The translations under genes were made by a program, and so were the position numbers. 64,000 bases of DNA, from NCBI GenBank assembly GCA_963695335.1, contig OY968764.1:480001-544000 (forward strand), given 5' to 3'. Below the pieces are notes generated by a model. It saw only the letters and a program-made list of their open reading frames with translations. It did not search any database and was not told where the DNA came from. This document shows positions 60,680 through 64,000 of this stretch, in pieces (the stretch's first letter is position 1; every line of letters starts with the position of its first letter). Source of the DNA: an uncultured bacterium (GTDB taxonomy: Bacteria; Babelota; Babeliae; Babelales; Vermiphilaceae).

Positions 60680-61642
60680 TTATTTGTTATATACGCACAG
60701 CAACTTGTGCTTAGAGATAGTGTTATTTGCCAGAGTTTCTTCATGCCAAGAATCGAGTTTTTGTAAAATAGTAGGTAGAAGAGCAACAAATTTTGTGCTT
60801 GAAAACTTAGTATGGGAGATAGGAAGGTCATTTATTTTAACTTTAGCCTGGGTAAGATGGCTATAGGTTGGAAAGACACGGCTAGAAAAAGGCATCAGTG
60901 TGTAATGATATTTATGATGTTTATGAGGGCATTCATACTTGGTACAGAGTCGTCTCAATTGTGGTGCTATAATTTGCACCAGATCAAAGCTTGAATAAAG
61001 TGAATAGACATGATTGAACATAGGTGTGCAAATCAAGTGCTTTGTTCTTTCTTGTACTGGACATGCAAGGAGTATGAGTGATTTAATAGTTGGGTGATGA
61101 GCTTGCTCTTCGGAGCCTTGGCGAAGTAGGGGTTTTATTTTTGCCATACTGAGTGCAACGTTGCCGCCGTGGCTGTGAGCGATGATTCTAATAATTGGTT
61201 TTTTCCCATATTTTTTTTCATAAGCTTCACTCAAACTTATGATCTCTTTATGTAACACTTCAGCAGCTTTTTCTCTTTCTTGCTGTTTTAATTTTCCCGA
61301 CCAACCAAAAACATAAAATTCTTCAAGAGGAAAATGCTCTGGATCATGGTTTGCAATAGTTTCAGCAATTTCACGGAAGTGATGCTTTTCAGGAAATGCA
61401 TTGATGTGAAGCATGCATGCCTGTTCACCAAAGATTTTGTGATATGAAGGGGTGTAAATGATGAGTGTACCGTGTACCCAGATGGTAATAGGAGGAGATT
61501 CATGAGTTTCTGTGATGTTATGTGCTGGAGGTATGTCAATGTGGAGTTTTTGTCGATCAACATGTCTGCGATGAATACATCCTGGTAAAGATATGAGTAA
61601 GAAAAGAAGTAACTGACATCGAATAGGATTGTGTTTTCCCAT
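60680..61642 (-). CDS. Alpha/beta hydrolase-fold protein, possible lipoprotein
   Basis: IWVHGT, FGWSG, AHSHGGNV nucleophile elbow and LLACPVQ; LPGC lipobox-like. Confidence 0.8.
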   Translation of the reverse strand: MGKHNPIRCQLLLFLLISLPGCIHRRHVDRQKLHIDIPPAHNITETHESPPITIWVHGTLIIYTPSYHKIFGEQACMLHINAFPEKHHFREIAETIANHDPEHFPLEEFYVFGWSGKLKQQEREKAAEVLHKEIISLSEAYEKKYGKKPIIRIIAHSHGGNVALSMAKIKPLLRQGSEEQAHHPTIKSLILLACPVQERTKHLICTPMFNHVYSLYSSFDLVQIIAPQLRRLCTKYECPHKHHKYHYTLMPFSSRVFPTYSHLTQAKVKINDLPISHTKFSSTKFVALLPTILQKLDSWHEETLANNTISKHKLLCVYNK

Positions 61643-61684
61643 TATATACCTTGTTATACCCTAAGTCATGAAAAAATACTTTTC

Positions 61685-61810
61685 GCGCTCGTCCTGAGCC
61701 TGTCGAAGGATATCTTTTAGTGCGCTTTAATCCTTTTGCCCCAATTTTCACTTCGTTTCAATCGGGGTCCCCATCAAGAGAATTCGAAGATGGGGTGAGC
61801 TGATGAGCGC
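61685..61810. repeat. Composite REP-like element
   Basis: GCGCTCGTCCTGAGCCTGTCGAAGGA arm; the partner arm carries the CCCCAATTT...CCCCATC...GAAGATGGGG insert also found in mutL. Confidence 0.85.
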
Positions 61811-61871
61811 ACTAAAATACTTTGGTATCAATTATTGTTTAGGTATATGAAAAAAAAGGTAGGGATGTCAA

Positions 61872-62789
61872 TTATAGTTCAATAATAATGTCGTGATCTT
61901 TGTGAGAAGAGCAGTTACCGCCATTATCAAAGATTGTATCGAGTTGATTGATGATGGCAGGGAGTTGACGTACAAATGGAAGCAAGCCAAATTCAACGTG
62001 GAACAGTCCACGACTTCTTTTAATATAATTGACTGTGTTAAGAGCTTTAATAAGGCCCTTGAGTGCAAATTTATCTATTGCATGATCATCAGCGTTCCAT
62101 AGTGGATATTTTTTCCAACGAATCAAAGCTTGTGCCATTTTTGGATGGGCATCAAAATGACGTGCAGAAAGGAGCGGGCGTGTAATTTTTTGTTTGCGAT
62201 GATGCAAACCTTGTGGATCGGCAATTTGAATCATATCAGTGTGCGAGTGTAGTGAATAAATACGTTCAAAAATATTTGAACTGATTAAGTGATTGGTGTG
62301 ATTTTGAACAGGGCAGGCGAGTAATACAGCTTTTGCTATTTTGAGTTCAAAACCGTCAGGATCAATAATTTCTGCCAAATGGAGAATGACGTTGCCACCA
62401 TGGCTATGAGAAATAAGAATAATTTCTGGGGTACAGCCGTATATTTCTAGGTAAGTGACTACCAATTCCTTGAGAGCACAAAAAAGATCCTGAGCAGCAA
62501 TTTTACGCGCATTCAGATCAAGATTACCTGACCAGCCAAAAGTATAAAAATGCTCAGTGTTAAAATGTGCTGGATCAGCAATTGCAAGAGCTTGAGCACG
62601 TAAAGATGGATAATGGTACGTATCTGGCTGACTGAATTTATGTAACCCTTTGGTATCATCAGAAAGAAGGAGGGTTATATTTTTGGTCATTTTTGCAAGA
62701 AAAGGAGGCAAATCTGGCTTTGTACCATGAACCCATACGGTAACAATAGGAGCTTTAGGAGGTTCCGGTGGTGGTGGTGTAAAGAACAT
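61872..62789 (-). CDS. Alpha/beta hydrolase-fold protein, paralog of 60680..61642
   Basis: VWVHGT, FGWSG, SHSHGGNV and LLACPVQ. Confidence 0.8.
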   Translation of the reverse strand: MFFTPPPPEPPKAPIVTVWVHGTKPDLPPFLAKMTKNITLLLSDDTKGLHKFSQPDTYHYPSLRAQALAIADPAHFNTEHFYTFGWSGNLDLNARKIAAQDLFCALKELVVTYLEIYGCTPEIILISHSHGGNVILHLAEIIDPDGFELKIAKAVLLACPVQNHTNHLISSNIFERIYSLHSHTDMIQIADPQGLHHRKQKITRPLLSARHFDAHPKMAQALIRWKKYPLWNADDHAIDKFALKGLIKALNTVNYIKRSRGLFHVEFGLLPFVRQLPAIINQLDTIFDNGGNCSSHKDHDIIIEL

Positions 62790-62870
62790 AATTTTTCCTC
62801 TTATAAAAAATAAAGACAAAATTATTATAGCATAATTTTGTCTTTTGGTAAAAAAACTTAAAGTTAAAGG

Positions 62871-63566
62871 TTATTTATTGTGCTCTTTAATGACGGCTGC
62901 AATATAAGGACAGTCTGTATAATATTCTTCAGGATTACCATAAACAGGATGATTTTCATCTGTGAGTATGTCAGACGTCAAATGGCCAATAAGTTCTGCT
63001 TTTTGCGTTTCAGAATTTTTGTTGATAAAAAAACTGTTCCCATAACCACTTGTATGATAATTATAACCTGATTCGTATCTTTTTTGTTGATTTGGGAATC
63101 TGGAGCTAATGTAGATTTTGTCAGCTTTATAAGATTTAGTCTTGATTGTAATAGTATCGCCAAATTTGATTCTGGAACCTTTACCAATAATTATATGGAT
63201 CAGTGAATTTTGAATACCATGAATATAGAGAGCAACGAGTGCAGCATTACCCGCATCATTCATGCCAAGACGTTTGTGTTCAGGCTCTCCATTTTTATTA
63301 AAATTTGGTGAGAACCGTATGCCTTGGTTAGGATGGATAGTTTTTGTTGAATCATCTGATTTGTAATCGTTCTTGTTGCTGATTTTTGTTTTATCAGAGA
63401 TATCAATACGTGTAGAAAAGTTGGCATCTTTTGGTAATTTATTAATGATCGTGATATGTCGTTTTTGCGGAGTATCAAGGTTGCGATTTCTTATTTCTAT
63501 TTCTTGTTCCATTGCACAAGATAGTGTAGGAATAATAGTGCTGAGTGCGAGAGCATAATATTTCAT
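62871..63566 (-). CDS. Hypothetical secreted protein
   Basis: AAGGA RBS; signal peptide ending SCA then Met. Confidence 0.7.
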   Translation of the reverse strand: MKYYALALSTIIPTLSCAMEQEIEIRNRNLDTPQKRHITIINKLPKDANFSTRIDISDKTKISNKNDYKSDDSTKTIHPNQGIRFSPNFNKNGEPEHKRLGMNDAGNAALVALYIHGIQNSLIHIIIGKGSRIKFGDTITIKTKSYKADKIYISSRFPNQQKRYESGYNYHTSGYGNSFFINKNSETQKAELIGHLTSDILTDENHPVYGNPEEYYTDCPYIAAVIKEHNK

Positions 63567-63579
63567 CAAAATCCTTTTT

Positions 63580-64000
63580 TTAGTGATTATTATGTATGAT
63601 CCATTCATTAATAACGGCAATTGTATTTTGAGCTATGTCTTTTTCCGATTGTGTTCCATCAACAGTAATAAGCTTAACATGTTTTGCGGGAATTGTTCCA
63701 AATTCAGCTGGATCAAGCTTAGTGAGGTTGAATTTTTTTGCAGATTGAGTCAAAAGAGTTTTTCTTGGGCTTTCGAGACTGCTAAAATAGGCTTGTTGAG
63801 CTTGTGGACAAAAATCTTTTTTAAAGTTTTCACTGTCCTGGTATTGTTCATATATCTCTTCAAAGCCAGCAGCAACTTTTTCTAAGAATGATTTTTTTTC
63901 AAAAGCAGACACAGCTTCGTTGCGTTGCTGAATACGTTTTAGTGCTGTTTTAATAGGAATTTTTACAAAAACAGTCAGATCTGGTTGTCTGTTGTTCATA
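63580..64000 (-). CDS. tmk: Thymidylate kinase, C-terminal part (5' end outside window)
   Basis: PDLTVFV...TALKRI..R...FEK..FLEKV..GF...VDG.QS pattern. Confidence 0.75.
   Translation of the reverse strand, partial: MNNRQPDLTVFVKIPIKTALKRIQQRNEAVSAFEKKSFLEKVAAGFEEIYEQYQDSENFKKDFCPQAQQAYFSSLESPRKTLLTQSAKKFNLTKLDPAEFGTIPAKHVKLITVDGTQSEKDIAQNTIAVINEWIIHNNH

Noticed and set aside
1..64000. CRISPR array, retron or diversity-generating retroelement
   Set aside because: Repeats are dispersed or inverted pairs, not regularly spaced direct repeats with unique spacers; no cas or reverse transcriptase ORF is visible.

Overview
AT-rich bacterial chromosome segment. Its gene content (many short signal-peptide proteins, ankyrin and WD40 repeats, type II secretion ATPase and pseudopilin, TamB and BamD) suggests an intracellular protist parasite such as Candidatus Dependentiae/TM6; this is an inference, not a database result. 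Housekeeping blocks lie at 1-14 kb (cdsA, YraN, bamD, gspE, TamB-like, RluA-family, mgtE, tRNA-Lys, tRNA-Glu) and 43-57 kb (MscS, mutL, zwf, gnd, cyclase, DJ-1, tkt). Between them is a plastic region with five notable parts. (1) A ~5.7 kb element integrated in tRNA-Glu, bounded by GGGGATGCCA repeats. It encodes a large serine recombinase whose C-terminus is cut by the att site, a gII/X-like rolling-circle Rep, a secreted cargo protein and a toxin-antitoxin pair. (2) Relics of sister elements carrying ankyrin-type genes behind a repeated poly-C promoter cassette. (3) A translationally coupled operon with a chimeric protein apparently built from three antitoxin N-termini. (4) A direct-repeat-flanked operon of two signal-peptide AAA ATPases, a 1036-aa EndoU polymorphic toxin (split by an IS5 and an IS982 element, frame restorable by hand), its immunity gene and a toxin paralog with no toxic tip. 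(5) Throughout the window, small palindromic repeat families that nest in each other and sit in frame inside MutL, BamD, Gnd, Rep and a hydrolase. All family calls come from motif recognition by eye.
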